A stretch of 63,604 nucleotides of DNA, filler included, from Octopus bimaculoides (Eukaryota): the NCBI RefSeq assembly GCF_001194135.2. It is 6 parts of 6 records of this genome, joined end to end, with 100 filler letters (N's around TTAATTAATTAA, not from the genome) between each part and the next. Parts side by side here need not be neighbours in the genome. Positions count along the whole stretch, not along the records: positions 26,889 to 47,641 come from NC_068982.1; 5 more parts are not named here. One strand, 5' to 3'. The notes below the pieces were generated by a model. That model was not told the origin of the DNA. It was given only the letters and a program-made list of their open reading frames with translations, and did no database searches. Of this stretch, positions 27,230 through 39,737 are shown piece by piece. Every line of letters starts with the position of its first letter. Position 1 is the stretch's first letter. The translations under genes and the position numbers were made by a program.

Positions 27230-30100
27230 GGGACTCTTACTTTTGGTACCGGCACATCGAATATTTCACAGAATACTTCCATGGGAATTACTTCCTGATC
27301 TTGGGTATGCCTCTTCTTTAGTTGGTTTTTATGTTTTTTTATCTTCACTGTGTGACCCTTTAATTAGATACATCGTACTTTCAACTTTTCTGGTAACAAG
27401 GCCAACTTCCCAACCTTCTTTACCGTTTCTATAGGTTTGGAAGTGCACTTTATCATCTATTTCGACGCATTTCTTCGGATCTTTCGTATTTCCTTTACAT
27501 CTTTTTTTTCTCTGGTAATAACTTATCAAAAATAGATTCTATTCTTCTTGCAAAAATTAATTCTGCGGGAGACTTTCCTGAATATGTACTTGGATTGGGG
27601 GTCACTTAGTATATCCTTTAAAAAATTGTCAGTGCTTCGTTCGTTATTTAATTCATTCCTCGCTTTTCTTAACGCTCTCTTAAAGCTGTCCACGAATATT
27701 TCTACCTGCTCATTTGACTGCAGGTGGTAGGGCGGAGTGAAAATATGCTTTATCGCAGAAGTTCTTGAATTCATACCCAGAGAACTGGGTTCCGTCGTCT
27801 GAAATTAGAGCGTCAGAGACACCATATCGGGCAAACAATTCGTATAAGAACTTTATATCTGTCTTAGAAGTTGACATATAGCACCTGCAAGCCGCTAGTC
27901 ATTTAGTACAACTATCTATTACGATTAGGTAGTTAGTGCCGTTTACCGGTCCAGCATATTCAATGTGTAACCTCGACCATGGGTTCTCCGTCTCTGGTCA
28001 CGACTGATATTTTATTGGTGAGACTTTCGCCGCGAGGGCGCACCATGTTTTCGATATGTCGGTCCATAGACTGCTAATAGACATAGCTCCTCATCAGAGT
28101 ATTCATCCTTGCCATTCCTGGATGTCTGCTGTGTTGGAACCACCACTCTTTGGGCATGCATCAGAATATTGTCGCAAATTGAAAACTACTGGCATCTGAA
28201 CTTTTATTATGTTTATTTTTTAAAGCGTCTTTTATTTTCGTAATATACTCATCACCTACAGCTTTCATTCTTATATCTTGTGCCATCACTGGTAGTTCTT
28301 GGATAGCGTTCGTCATAACACTTTTAATTTCACTTTCTGCCTGCAGTGCGGTATAACAGTCTCTTCTAGAGGTTCCATATGTTTTGGAATTAACCTCAAA
28401 AGGCAGTCCGCATGATCGGTTTTTTTATGGAGTGTATTGCATTTTGAAATTATAATTTAGAAATATTACACTCCAATTTTGCAGGCGGTTCGCAGTATGA
28501 GTTGGTAACCCTTTTAAGACCCATAAATCGATAGCAAAGGTCTATGGTCTAGTTGAAATAAGAATTTTCTGCCATGCAGAAACCTGTGAAATTTTTCAAC
28601 TGCAAAAATAATTGCTAGGGCCTCCTTTTCAATTTGACTATATCTCTTCTCTGCCGCTATTAGCAAGTGCGAAAAACGAACCACTGGTCTTGTATTTCCG
28701 TCTTCGTATTTATGAAGTAAAACTGCACCTAATCCGCGCTTGGAAGCACCAGACGCTACAATGATGTTCATATCAGGATTGTAACGTGCTAACGACAGTT
28801 CTGAGTTTAAAATTTCTTTTATTTCTTCAGAAGTGTTCTCGCATTTAGTGGACCAATTCCACTTTACTCCTTTTTTTAATAAGTCGTTCAATGGAGCTCA
28901 TAGCTTGTGCGTATTGGGAATATAGTTTTGGTACTAGTTTGCCAATCCAAGAAATGCTTGTTAGATTGGAATATTTGTCAGAGCATCGGAGCAGGCATAT
29001 TCCTTATTGCGTCTGCCCTCGACGGGTCAGGACGTCTACCACTTTTGTCAATTATTTGCCCTAAGTACTTAATTTGGGGTTGAAAGAATTCGCATTTTTC
29101 TTCACTCAGAGTGAACCCGAAAACTTTAATTTTGTTAAACAGATTTTATGCATTCCACATAATGTTCACGAGAACTACTCTAGATCAAAATATTGTCCGA
29201 GTACGGGATTGCAAATTCAAAACCAGGTAACATAGTATCCATGATTTGCTGAAATAATGCTGGTGCCATTTTTAATCCAAAAGGTAATGTATCTGTAAAT
29301 CCTCTGCGTGTATTTATTGTCAAATACTTTGAGCATTTTTCATTTACTTTTATCTATAAACAGGCTTCGAACATATCTGATTTGGAAAAACTTTTTCCAC
29401 CATTTAACTTTGAAAAAATGTACTCTGCAGTCTGGAATGGACGGTGGAATGTTTTTAAGCTGTCGTTCAATCCGGTAGAGAAATCGGCACATACCCTAAT
29501 CTTCTTTTTTTAATACATACCGTGGGTGCCGCTCACTTCGAATAATACACCTTTTTGATGACTCCACTATTTTATAGTCTGTCCAACTCTTCATTTACAG
29601 TTTCAATTGCAACGAACGGTACTTTTCTGCTTACTTTAAATATAGGTACAGCGTTTTCACTTACTTGAAAATAGAATTTCGTCTTTTTACTTAGATCTAA
29701 ATCCTCTAACACTTGCGGGAACATTTTTCTCAATTTTTTCATCAGTTCTGCCGAAGACTTGTTTTTAACGGGACAACCATTTATGTTCTTGCAGTAAAGA
29801 TTTATGGGGAGGTGCCATAAATCGAATAGTTCTAACCAATCTGTGCCAAACAGATTGATTGTATTATCCACAACGAATAGTTTTGCTGCTTCGCGTGTAT
29901 CTCCTCGAAACGTGACGTCGATGAATGTAATTTATCACCCGTTATAACACGTGCTATTTTCGCTGTTTTACGTAATTTCGATTTACCATTTTTTTCCAAG
30001 TATCCGCATTTATAATCGAGATGTCACTACCTGTGTCTAACTGTAATTTAGTAGTCACATCATTTATTTTTACGTGCACGAATTTTCTTGTTTTCTGTCG
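27230..30100 (-). pseudogene. pol: Gypsy pol (PR-RT-RH-IN), multiple stops and frameshifts
   Basis: ORF fragments 29572-29871, 28514-28891 and 27526-27774 plus the intervening motifs. Confidence 0.92.
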
Positions 30101-30918
30101 CAACCACTCTTCGTTGAAAACACCTTAGAGTCTTTCGTGTTTGAGCCTCATAGTCTTGTTCCACAATGAGAATTCCTGTGTCCCAGCTTCTGACAACTAT
30201 AGCACTTTTTTGTTTTTAAACGGACAATCCTTTTTGTAGTGTAAGCCTCCACAAGTACAATAAGGATTGGGGCCTAACACTTTTTTTAAATTGTGCTTCC
30301 CGGGATGACACATTTGAATTTTTGCAGTCTTTATTTTGTATTTTTTTCACATCATCTTTAAGGTTTTCTTTAATCTTTTCTTCTGCGATAATCGGTCGAG
30401 ATAAATCCTGGTTCGTTTGCTCTATTTTCGAGAGAATCTTTGCCCGAATTTCTCTATCTTCACGTACTATAAGTCCTTGCATGAAGATAGATGATTTGAA
30501 CATATCCTGAGTAAGATCCTGAAGTTTGAAATTTTCGCACATACGGTTGACTACTCCAGAGTAGGTGATAAAATCATCTTCCTCATTTTTTGTTAAGTTC
30601 CAATATTCCTTTCTGATGCTGAATAATTAACTTCTATCACAAAAAATTTTCGAAAGCAGTTCCACGGTTTCTTGGAAACCAATCTCACTCGACATTTTGG
30701 GAAAAATAAAGTGACAGTAACGCTCATGTTCGGCAGGAGCTACCTTGCGTAGTAAAAACCTTACTTTCTGCTCTCTGATCATGACTTGCACTCGTTGTTA
30801 AAAATTTCCTCGTATCTTCTATAATATGCGGGAAACGTAATACCATCCTCCGGATTATACATAAATTCAGAAATTCCGTTAGCCACGCCGTCTAGCGTTA
30901 ACGAGCTTGCTGGATTTT

Positions 30919-30930
30919 CGGACTTCGCCA
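30919..30930 (-). promoter_or_regulatory. Primer-binding site, probably tRNA-Ser-type
   Basis: TGGCGAAGTCCG lies 2 nt after the LTR end ...AATAAAGTTACA. It resembles the complement of a Ser tRNA 3' end (TGGCGTAGTCGG, recalled from memory). Confidence 0.65.
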
Positions 30931-30932
30931 AA

Positions 30933-31280
30933 TGTAACTTTATTAATTATTGTTGTTGTTGTATATGTTTTTTCAACTCCTGTAGTTGTTCCTGTTGCTT
31001 CTCTTGAAGTTGTACTACTTTCCATGACGCAGAAATTGTCGAATATACAAAAGCACAACACGATTAGAAGACCCAGTAGTGATAATATACAAAAGCACAA
31101 CACGATTAGAAGACCCAGTAGTGATCAAACCGGAGCAATTAACATTATATAGGTTCCCGGAAGCTAACGCAAACATCACAAGAAACAAGTAATATAACTA
31201 CAAATAGAGGCAACCATAAAGCTGGTGATGGTAGGGAATAACTCAAAGATGACCTAGTTCAGAGCAATAACTCTATAACA
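30933..31280 (-). repeat. Putative 5' LTR of the Gypsy element, containing a perfect 42-bp tandem duplication (31042-31083 / 31084-31125)
   Basis: Ends in AATAAA..ACA immediately before the PBS. The candidate start TGTTATAG at 31280 is uncertain. Confidence 0.65.
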
Positions 31281-31284
31281 CAAA

Positions 31285-32240
31285 ACTACCAAAATATAAT
31301 CCATGAGTCATATTAGTAATAATTAAGGTCTATATTGTAGTATTATACACACGTATCAAGCTCTCGGGGAAGATTTTATAGAAGCGGTTTAAAGTATAAG
31401 AAAGTTCTACGGATAGAATTTAGGCATTTGATCCTTACTTAATCCAATTTATTAATAACTAGGTTACGTTTTGTTTCCTGTTTGTCTCTCATAGTTACTT
31501 ATATCTCAAATCATCTGCTTTTGAAAATTTAGATATTGAAATTTAGACAGATCAGTTATATGGCTATAACGAAATTACGGGATGAAAGACCAAAAGTAAT
31601 TGAAAGAGAAAACAGAACCGATGTTCCCAATTTTAGAAAAATGAAGTTACCATGAATCCTAACGTTTCTATTTACCAATATTCTCACAATATTATTTGGA
31701 ATAAAGTAAATGACTTAAAATCAAATAGGTTACAATACTACTATAATAATTTAAAATTATGTATTAAGAAAATGCTAAAAGAGTTTATAAGAAATTATTA
31801 CGAATTATAAGACCATAACTAGGGAGAATGAAGCAAAGATATCACATAAGGATATAAGCAAACTAAATGATAGTGTTTCCACTTTTTCTGTAAATAGAAG
31901 AACACCATCAAATTCTACACTGATAACAAAGAAGGCGATAAAAGAATATTTACTTCTTAAAACTTCATTAGTTCTAATTCCAGAGCTATAACATGAAGAA
32001 ATCTCAAAAACAGGTGATTTCAGGTACAATAATTATGAGAGACAAACAAGAAAAGAAAAACGTGACCTAGTTATTAATAGATCAGATTAAGTAAGGATCG
32101 AATGCCTGTGTTCTATTCGTAGAACTTATACTTTAAACCACTTCTATAAAGTCTTCCCTGAGTGCTAGATACATATTTATAACTCTAAAATATAGACCTT
32201 AATCATTAGTAATAAGATTCAAGGATTATATTTCGGTAGC
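31285..32240. repeat. Diverged ~210-bp inverted repeat pair (31285-31495 / 32035-32240) around a ~540-bp spacer
   Basis: For example, atttgatccttacttaat..attaataactaggttacg versus cgtgacctagttattaat..attaagtaaggatcgaat, collinear over about 200 bp. Confidence 0.8.
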
Positions 32241-33474
32241 TTTAACTGATTACATTTAAGCTACTTTGTTCTCATGATACCAGGGACTAATTTTTTATTT
32301 TTCATATTTTATGTTTTAATTTTTAACATTCACTTTTTCTTTCTCTATTACTTCTGCTCTTTCAATTCGTAACTTTATTACAGCCATGTAACTGATTTGT
32401 TTACATTTAGATATTTCACTAACATAAATTTATTTACTGATGATTGCCTAAATTATTTTCATTAGTTTAGTTTGTACATCTATCTGTTTATGCCAAAGTC
32501 GTCTTCCTGTCAATACATTGTCCATTTTCTTTATTCGATTTATCCTATTCTGTTTCTATCTAAGTATTTATAAGTTATGATTGTCGGCACTGTGATTATG
32601 GTTATCGATATATTAATTATTTTCTTGTCCTTTTCTATCCTCTCCTCCTTTTCCCTCCCTTTCCTCTGAAATTTCGTAGATGCCTTCGCTATCTCTGCGT
32701 TTCTTTTCTTAAGTTATTTTTCCTTGAATCATAATTCAATGAATCGCCCTTAATTAAAGTTTGTATCCCATTAGTCCTGCTATAATTAATCGAAGCACTT
32801 TAATTAAGAGGAATTAGGTAAATGAATAAGTAACGCTGGAATTTATTAACAATGACACTCCATAATGTACTAAACAATATAATACTGTTAACGAGATTTT
32901 TTTAGAACAACTCGGCAACTGTTTTAAAGCATGTTCTGATAGGATCGAATATCATTCTTGGTGTTCGCTATCCGCTGGTTTACATGTCTAGTCTAAAACG
33001 CCTATACCAGCCTTAATGAGCGGTTACTAAATTTAAGGACATCATTGGAATAGAAATGCATTTAACTATTCTTTACTGATTAGGAATTTCACTTGTTGCT
33101 GATTTAGTCATTAATAAACATGTCGTTGCTCACTTGTTTATTTGGTAAGTTAATGAGTTGAGAGATAATCTTATGGATGCTGTGCATACTGCATACTTAA
33201 CTATACCATGTTTATATCACATTATAAACGGTTTCTCAAATAAAGTTGCACTTCATTTTTTAAGTTGCGATGGCAAGCGCTCAACTATGAATGCATTGCA
33301 TCTTATAGCAGGAACAACTATAAGCTAATGAAGTTCATGACATTATTTCTTATTCCCTTGCTACTTTAATTTCTTATAACTGTTCTGTATCCGACTGGCG
33401 CTTTGCTCTGAAGCATACTGAGTTCCAACATCAGGTAGGTTATTCGTATCGCTATGCCTAAGAGAAATAATAAT

Positions 33475-33518
<44 letters not shown>

Positions 33519-33965
33519 GAAAAAAGAACAATGTTTTGACAATATATTCCCAAAACACATACACACACAGCTGGCCATATCCTACAACACATATATATAG
33601 ACACACACAAACATACCCATACACTCACACAGACAAAACAACACACACGCACGCACACAAAAAGCAAATGAAAAATCCTTTGAATGACCATCCTTTAAAA
33701 ACATCACTTAACCACTGACCATATTCTCTCAATAGAGAATGGAAAAAGGAAAAATGTTTTGGCAATATATACCAAAAACACACACACAGCAGGTCATATC
33801 CTGAATAGAAACTACCTATTCAATTCAAAAGACTTCTTTTCAATAGAATTCCAGAAACTTGAACTCTTGAACCCCACCCCCAAACCTACATAGATGAAAC
33901 ATATATAAGAACTGACTCTACAGTAAAATTTCACTATGCACTAGACTACCAAAAGAATTATTTTT

Positions 33966-34004
33966 AATATTTGATAAGATGTATACATCGAAACCGGTTA
34001 TATT
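33966..34004 (+). ncRNA. Minimal type I hammerhead motif, U3-A8 variant, at the end of a decayed PLE-like tail (about 33520-34010)
   Basis: AATAT | TTGATAA | GATG-tata-CATC | GAAAC-CG-GTT | ATATT: perfect 5-bp stem I, 4-bp stem II and ACCGGT palindromic stem III. Confidence 0.7.
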
Positions 34005-34084
34005 TTAAATCACTCACTGTAACAAAGGTATTAAACATTCTCTAAACTATACTTCTGTGCTTTTTTACAACTTTATACACTATT

Positions 34085-34950
34085 TAGTCATAATTTTTGT
34101 GATCTGTATGGACTCTTAACCCCTTTTCAACTATATATATATATGGACCATCCGGACTCCCGTTTTCACCGTGAGCAGGGATTAATCTTCTCTCTTCGCT
34201 CCTTTCCGCCACATGGGCTCAACTCTCCTCCCCTCTTCATCTAACCCTCCTCCTCTCTCCTCTCTTCCTCTCACATCTACTTCCTCCCACCTACCTCTCC
34301 TCTCTTGCTCTGACACCTACTTCCTCTCTTCACTCCTACCCACCTTCTTCCTTCCACCCTCTCTCTTCATCGTCACCCCCTCCCTCGTTGCCCTACCCCT
34401 ACACATTCCAACCCCACCATCCCTATACAGCCTATCCACCCCACCCTTGCTTCCTCCACTCTCGCCTCCCCCACACCCCAACACCACCATACCACATTAC
34501 ACCACATCACACCACCACGCACACACTAGCACTGACCACTTCTCAGCACCTACACCAGCGCACACACAAACATTGACCACTTCCCAGCATCCACACACCT
34601 ACACATGCACACACGCACACATCAAGGTCACCAGCCCCCTTTCCACACGCACATACACGCTCTCACATACACACGGACGCACACCATTTTGGAATCACCA
34701 CTACTTTATTATCTCCCCTTCTTCCCAGCTCTCCTGTGTGACCCCCTCTGTCTGGCATTCGCCATGATAAATTGCTAGCCACTAAACCTTTTTTATTTTC
34801 TCTCCCTGTTTATTGCTGTGTTCCTTTCTGTCGAAGAGCATAGGCTCGAAACGTAAAAGACTTTCCCACTTCCCGAGCGTTAAACTGATACATCTGTTTG
34901 TTGTTTACACACCCGTCTTCGTATTGTGTTTTTTTGGGGGAAATTCTCAC
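34085..34950 (+). mobile_element. PLE-type 3' region: pyrimidine-rich/(CA) tract ending in the hammerhead-bearing terminal repeat
   Basis: The terminal ~170 bp matches 18058-18215; the start ggactcttaa.cc matches the minus-strand copy near 62030. Confidence 0.65.
34824..34859 (+). ncRNA. Minimal type I hammerhead-like motif, A6U variant
   Basis: CTTT | CTGTCGA | A | GAGC-atag-GCTC | GAAAC-GTA | AAAG. Confidence 0.6.
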
Positions 34951-35344
34951 TATATGTGTGTGTGTGTGTATATACATACTCACACACACACACACACATA
35001 AACGAATGAGTGCATGTTGGAGTGCATATGTGTGTTTATACGGAAGTGGATATTCGTATTTGTGTGAACAGGTGTGAAGTGTGTATTTGTGTGTACGTAT
35101 GTGAGAGTATCGAGAGATTTTCTTGCTCTACATCACATTACTTGTGGATATTAATTCTTACTTAAGAGCACAATATGTCTTTCATTGGAGTTTTCGAGGT
35201 CTCGATCGCTCTTGGACCTGCTGCATCGTTTGCCACCCCACGTGCAAGATGTTTTTTACGAGACACCACTTATGTGGGTAGCCTTTGACTCACGAGCTCA
35301 TCTGTCATTTGACATATCTAGTTTTTAGTCCTGCAGAGTGTCCC

Positions 35345-35545
35345 CAATACCCCTGGTATTGGTAGAGCGTCGAAAAGTGCTTTGCAGTATTTCTTCCGAC
35401 TCCCTGAGTTTAAATTCTACGAGATCATCTTTGATTACCATCTCTTCGGAGTCGATAAAAGAAGTACCGGATAAGCTCGGGGTCGATGTAATCGACATGC
35501 ACCTCCCCTCGTAAGTGCCAGCCTTGTGCCGAAATTAGAAAGTAT
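35345..35545 (+). mobile_element. tRNA-derived SINE family B, diverged
   Basis: ctgagtttaaattctac..ggagtcgataaaagaagtacc..ggggtcgatgtaatcgac. Confidence 0.7.
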
Positions 35546-35677
35546 AATTATATGCATTTATTTATACATAAATACATGTGCATGAATGTATGTATCTGTG
35601 TATATATGTAGGCACATATAGAATGAAAATAATACTTTTTTTCTGATAAGTAAACTTAAAGAAAAAACTCGAGGGAG

Positions 35678-35903
35678 TTCTCCAAACACTGATAAACTCT
35701 TCTCTTCTCTACCGATACTCCTCTGCCCTCTGTTTCAATTATCTCCTTCTCTCTCTCTATCATTCTATCTTCTCCTCTTCCACCTTCCTCTCACTCTATG
35801 TATCTCTCTACTCTGTATATGTCAGATATTCTCATCCTACACCTGTATATCTTTATCTTTGTTCCACAGATCAACTGGGATTCTTTTTCTGACCCTTTCT
35901 CTA

Positions 35904-35947
<44 letters not shown>

Positions 35948-35984
35948 ACTCACCCTCTCTCTCTCTCTTTCCATCTCTCTTTCC

Positions 35985-36017
<33 letters not shown>

Positions 36018-36040
36018 TCTCTCTCTCTCTCACTCACACA

Positions 36041-36089
<49 letters not shown>

Positions 36090-36370
36090 TCCCTTTCCGT
36101 TTCACCTTCCAACTAACTTCACACTTTAATCATTAATCTTTTAAACTGAAACTTGAAACTTTAAGGGAGTTCCTTGACTTTTTGATAGGGGTAAATACGC
36201 TCGCGCGTGTGTGTAAAAAAGAAAGAGTGAGAAAATGGGTTTGTGAATGTATATGTTTGTATGTGAGGACGTGTGTGAATGAGTCACTGTATGTAATGAT
36301 GATAAGCGGTCGTTCCTCATCTCTATTTTTACATTCTCTTCCCGTCCCGTTATCTTACACACAAACACCT

Positions 36371-36401
<31 letters not shown>

Positions 36402-36402
36402 T

Positions 36403-36440
<38 letters not shown>

Positions 36441-36664
36441 GCCTCTCTCTCTCTCTTTCCTTTCTGTCTGTCTCTCTCTGTCTCTCTTTCTTTATCTCTC
36501 TCTCTCCTTCTCTCTCCCTCCCTTATCCTTCTACAACTCACCAGCATCATACCTCACCATTTAATACTCCAAATACTGATAAACTCTCTCTTCACTACCG
36601 ATACTCCTCTGTCCGCTCTTTACACAGATCAACTGGCTTATTCTCCCTCTCACCTACTCTCTCT

Positions 36665-36701
<37 letters not shown>

Positions 36702-36740
36702 GCTCCCCTCCCAACTGACTTCACATTTTACTCTTCAATC
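35678..36740. repeat. (CT)n-rich region containing two diverged copies of a unit (about 35678-36140 and 36565-36740)
   Basis: ctccaaa.actgataaactct..ctaccgatactcctctg..acagatcaactgg..caact.acttcaca.ttta recurs. Confidence 0.75.
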
Positions 36741-36819
36741 TTTACCCTAATCTGCTGGACACCCTTTCACCCACTCACCTGCTGCTTCTCTTGGAAGATA
36801 CCTACCACTTACTTTGTAA

Positions 36820-36880
36820 TGATGTGGACGATGATGGTGATGGTGATGGTAATAGTAGTGGTGGTGGTGCTGTTGTGGAC

Positions 36881-36912
<32 letters not shown>

Positions 36913-36998
36913 GGAGGAGGAGGAGGAGGAGGAGGAGGATGACGACGAAGACGAAGACGACATTGATAATGATCGTTATCATCTTTGTTATCTTTGTT

Positions 36999-37054
<56 letters not shown>

Positions 37055-37140
37055 GCTACGATGATGATAATCGTCGTGGTGTTAGTGGTAGTGTGATGGG
37101 GGAGATTATTAATGTTGATTATGATAATTATGATAATAAT
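36820..37140. repeat. Compound (GAT)n-(GAG)n-(CAT)n trinucleotide block
   Basis: Directly visible. Confidence 0.95.
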
Positions 37141-37264
37141 TATTATAATAACTCGGTTTAAGGTCTCATTTGTCAGAAGAGCAGGATTAAACCAGTCAAA
37201 TATAAAATGAGTCTTCCTGACGTTTATACTAGCAGGTGTGCACTAATAGCAACAACAACAATAA

Positions 37265-37462
37265 CAATCCTTTCTACAATAGGCGCAAGGCTTGAAATTT
37301 TGGGGAAAAGGGGCTAGTTTGTTGCATCGACTCCAGTGCTCAACTGGTATTTATTTTATGGACCCCAAAAGCATGAAAAGCAAGTTCAACTCAGGACGTA
37401 AAGACGGACGAAATGCTGCTATGCATTTTGCCCGACTCGCCAATAATTCTGCTAACTTGCCA
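37265..37462 (-). mobile_element. tRNA-derived SINE family B
   Basis: Reverse-complement family B copy followed by ttatttcagc and (TAA)n. Confidence 0.8.
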
Positions 37463-37474
37463 CCTTATTTCAGC

Positions 37475-37522
<48 letters not shown>

Positions 37523-37588
37523 TGATGCAGTGCCAGGCAGTAGCTTTCAGGGCTTTTCATCTTAAATGAATGGCAGTGTTATCATGTA

Positions 37589-37665
<77 letters not shown>

Positions 37666-37747
37666 CTTTAAAAGGATTGACGTAACTCTTCACAAAGATA
37701 AACAGTTAAGACGAAGAGCGCAATTCGATTGTAAGATATTTTATTAG

Positions 37748-37790
37748 TTGAACGATATTTCAACAGTATGTCTGCCTTTGTCAAGTTCAA
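37748..37790 (-). ncRNA. Type I hammerhead motif, U3-A8 variant, in the left pseudo-LTR
   Basis: TTGAAC | TTGACAA | A | GGCAG-acata-CTGTT | GAAAT-ATC | GTTCAA: perfect 6-bp stem I. Confidence 0.72.
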
Positions 37791-38209
37791 AATAAGAAGT
37801 GATAAAAATTCAAAATTACAGAAATGTGAACGTAAAGTATGAACGAGAGCAACCAGCGTCCACACGTCGATGGAATGACATCATCAGTTTTTAAGTTACA
37901 ATTTTATAACAGGAGAAAACAAAAAGACAGAAAGAAATAGAAAAAAGACGACAGAAATAAAGGAAAGAAAATTGGGTTTTCGGATTTGACCGAATAAGAT
38001 GATGTGGATGATCGGAGCGGCGGTGGAGATAAATGTGGGATGACGTGGGCTTGCAAAATAACTCTGTTACTATTCTGCCTCCAGAAAACTTGACTTTTGT
38101 GTCCAAAAATTCAATGCTAGTTTTTAAAAAATTAGACGTAAATTCTATGTTGGAATTAAAGCCATAGTTTCTAGCATAACAGTCACAAAAATGCAAGAAG
38201 CCCATTAAA

Positions 38210-39643
38210 CTATCCTGTGATCCTTCCCAGACAAAGTATTGGTTCATGACACAGTAACTGTGTCTCGAATTTCGTCATAAAGACATTAGCGAAATTAACT
38301 GTCATGGGGGTACCCGTGGCGCAACCCTTCGTCTGGTGGTAACATCTTTGTCTAAACTTCATTGTGTTACTTTCTAACACAAACCCCAATAATCTACAGA
38401 GTAAATTTGATGGAATACTTTTGTTTGACCGCTTTTCAAAGGCATCCATGCATGCTTCTACCCCTTCATTGTAGTCAATATTGGGATATAAGGAAGAAAC
38501 ATCCATGGTTACCAAAAAACAGTTCTCAATACGGCCTTGGCGCTTAAAAAAGTTGTTGATTTTAAATACAAAATCAAAGGTGTCCCGAATATAGGAACCT
38601 GATCGTTTTGCGACGGGGAGTAGAAAGCCATACAGCCATTCCGAAATTTTGACCGTGCAACATTCATATCCGCTGTAAATTGGGTGCATCGGAGGAAATC
38701 TTTCGAACTTTTTGTGTATTTTAGGGAGACCATAAAATACAAGTGTTCTTCTTTCTGATCTTAAAATCTTAGATTCAGCCTTACTAACGAAATTGTTTTC
38801 GTCCATTTCCAGAATTATTTTGTCAAGTTCCTCTCTGTAATTGGGGTTTGGATCGACAGGTAATTCTTCATATGAAGTTTTGTCATTTAAAACTTCTTCA
38901 CAAGCCGAAATATACTCACTTTTGTCTATAATTACGATAGCGCCTCCCTTATCTGCCATCTTAATAACAATAGAATCGTTATTAGCTAGATGTCGGAGTG
39001 CGTAACGTTGGGAATTTGTGAGGTTATTCCAGGACTTTCCACTTGTTTTNNNNNNNNNNNNNNNNNNNNNNNNNNNNNNNNNNNNNNNNNNNNNNNNNNN
39101 NNNNNNNNNNNNNNNNNNNNNNNNNNNNNNNNNNNNNNNNNNNNNNNNNNNNNNNNNNNNNNNNNNNNNNNNNNNNNNNNNNNNNNNNNNNNNNNNNNNN
39201 NNNNNNNNNNNNNNNNNNNNNNNNNNNNNNNNNNNNNNNNNNNNNNNTACTGCTTGTGAATGTCCATCCCGAACTTTATCTGGATACCAATTGGGATTCT
39301 TTTCAATCCAATTATGCCAGATTCGATCATCATTTTTAGTAAACATAGGGTTTTCTGACTCCTCGTTACCAGTTTTTTCATAAAAATTTTCTTTCAGCTT
39401 GTAGCGGTGGACAAACTGAAATAACCATTGAGCTAGTTTATTCTTGTCGAAATTCTTAGTGCTTGGGCAGAAACTCAGTCCAAGATCTAAGACAGAAATA
39501 TCGTCTGGTGAAAGTTTTCGTTTAGATAAATTTATAACCGACTTATTCTCTAGTGTGATGGTTTTTCTGGGGCAAGTGGTTTTCAGAGTCTTTTTCTCAT
39601 TAGATTCCTGACTACCTTTTTGGACTCTGCTAGAAATCTTCAC
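38210..39643 (-). pseudogene. PLE reverse transcriptase (contains an N gap; continues by frameshift to about 37970)
   Basis: PLE RT motifs as listed for the element. Confidence 0.92.
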
Positions 39644-39737
39644 TTAAAACACGGAACCTTTTGGGTGATAAAATTTGTTCTGAATGTTCATGTGAAAAGT
39701 TATAATTTTTAGTCGTCTTTCTAGGGGTAATCAATTT

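Larger units (their letters stand above)
27161..31280 (-). mobile_element. Ty3/Gypsy LTR retrotransposon (Mag-like), decayed, with 5' LTR; 3' LTR not seen (gap)
   Basis: Minus-strand order is gag (about 30850-30200), protease LQLDTGSDISII (about 30060-30010), RT (LPFGLKMAPALFQQIMD), RNase H (ASKRGLGAVL..YSQIEKEALAIIFAV), integrase zinc finger (HPGMARM..LMRSYVY) and core (PWSRLHIEYAGP, TPPYHLQSNEQVE). The PR-RT-RH-IN order is that of Gypsy. Confidence 0.95.

Noticed and set aside
31042-31125. Direct repeats as a CRISPR-like array
   Set aside because: Adjacent tandem duplication without spacers, in a eukaryotic LTR; no CRISPR array is seen anywhere in the window.
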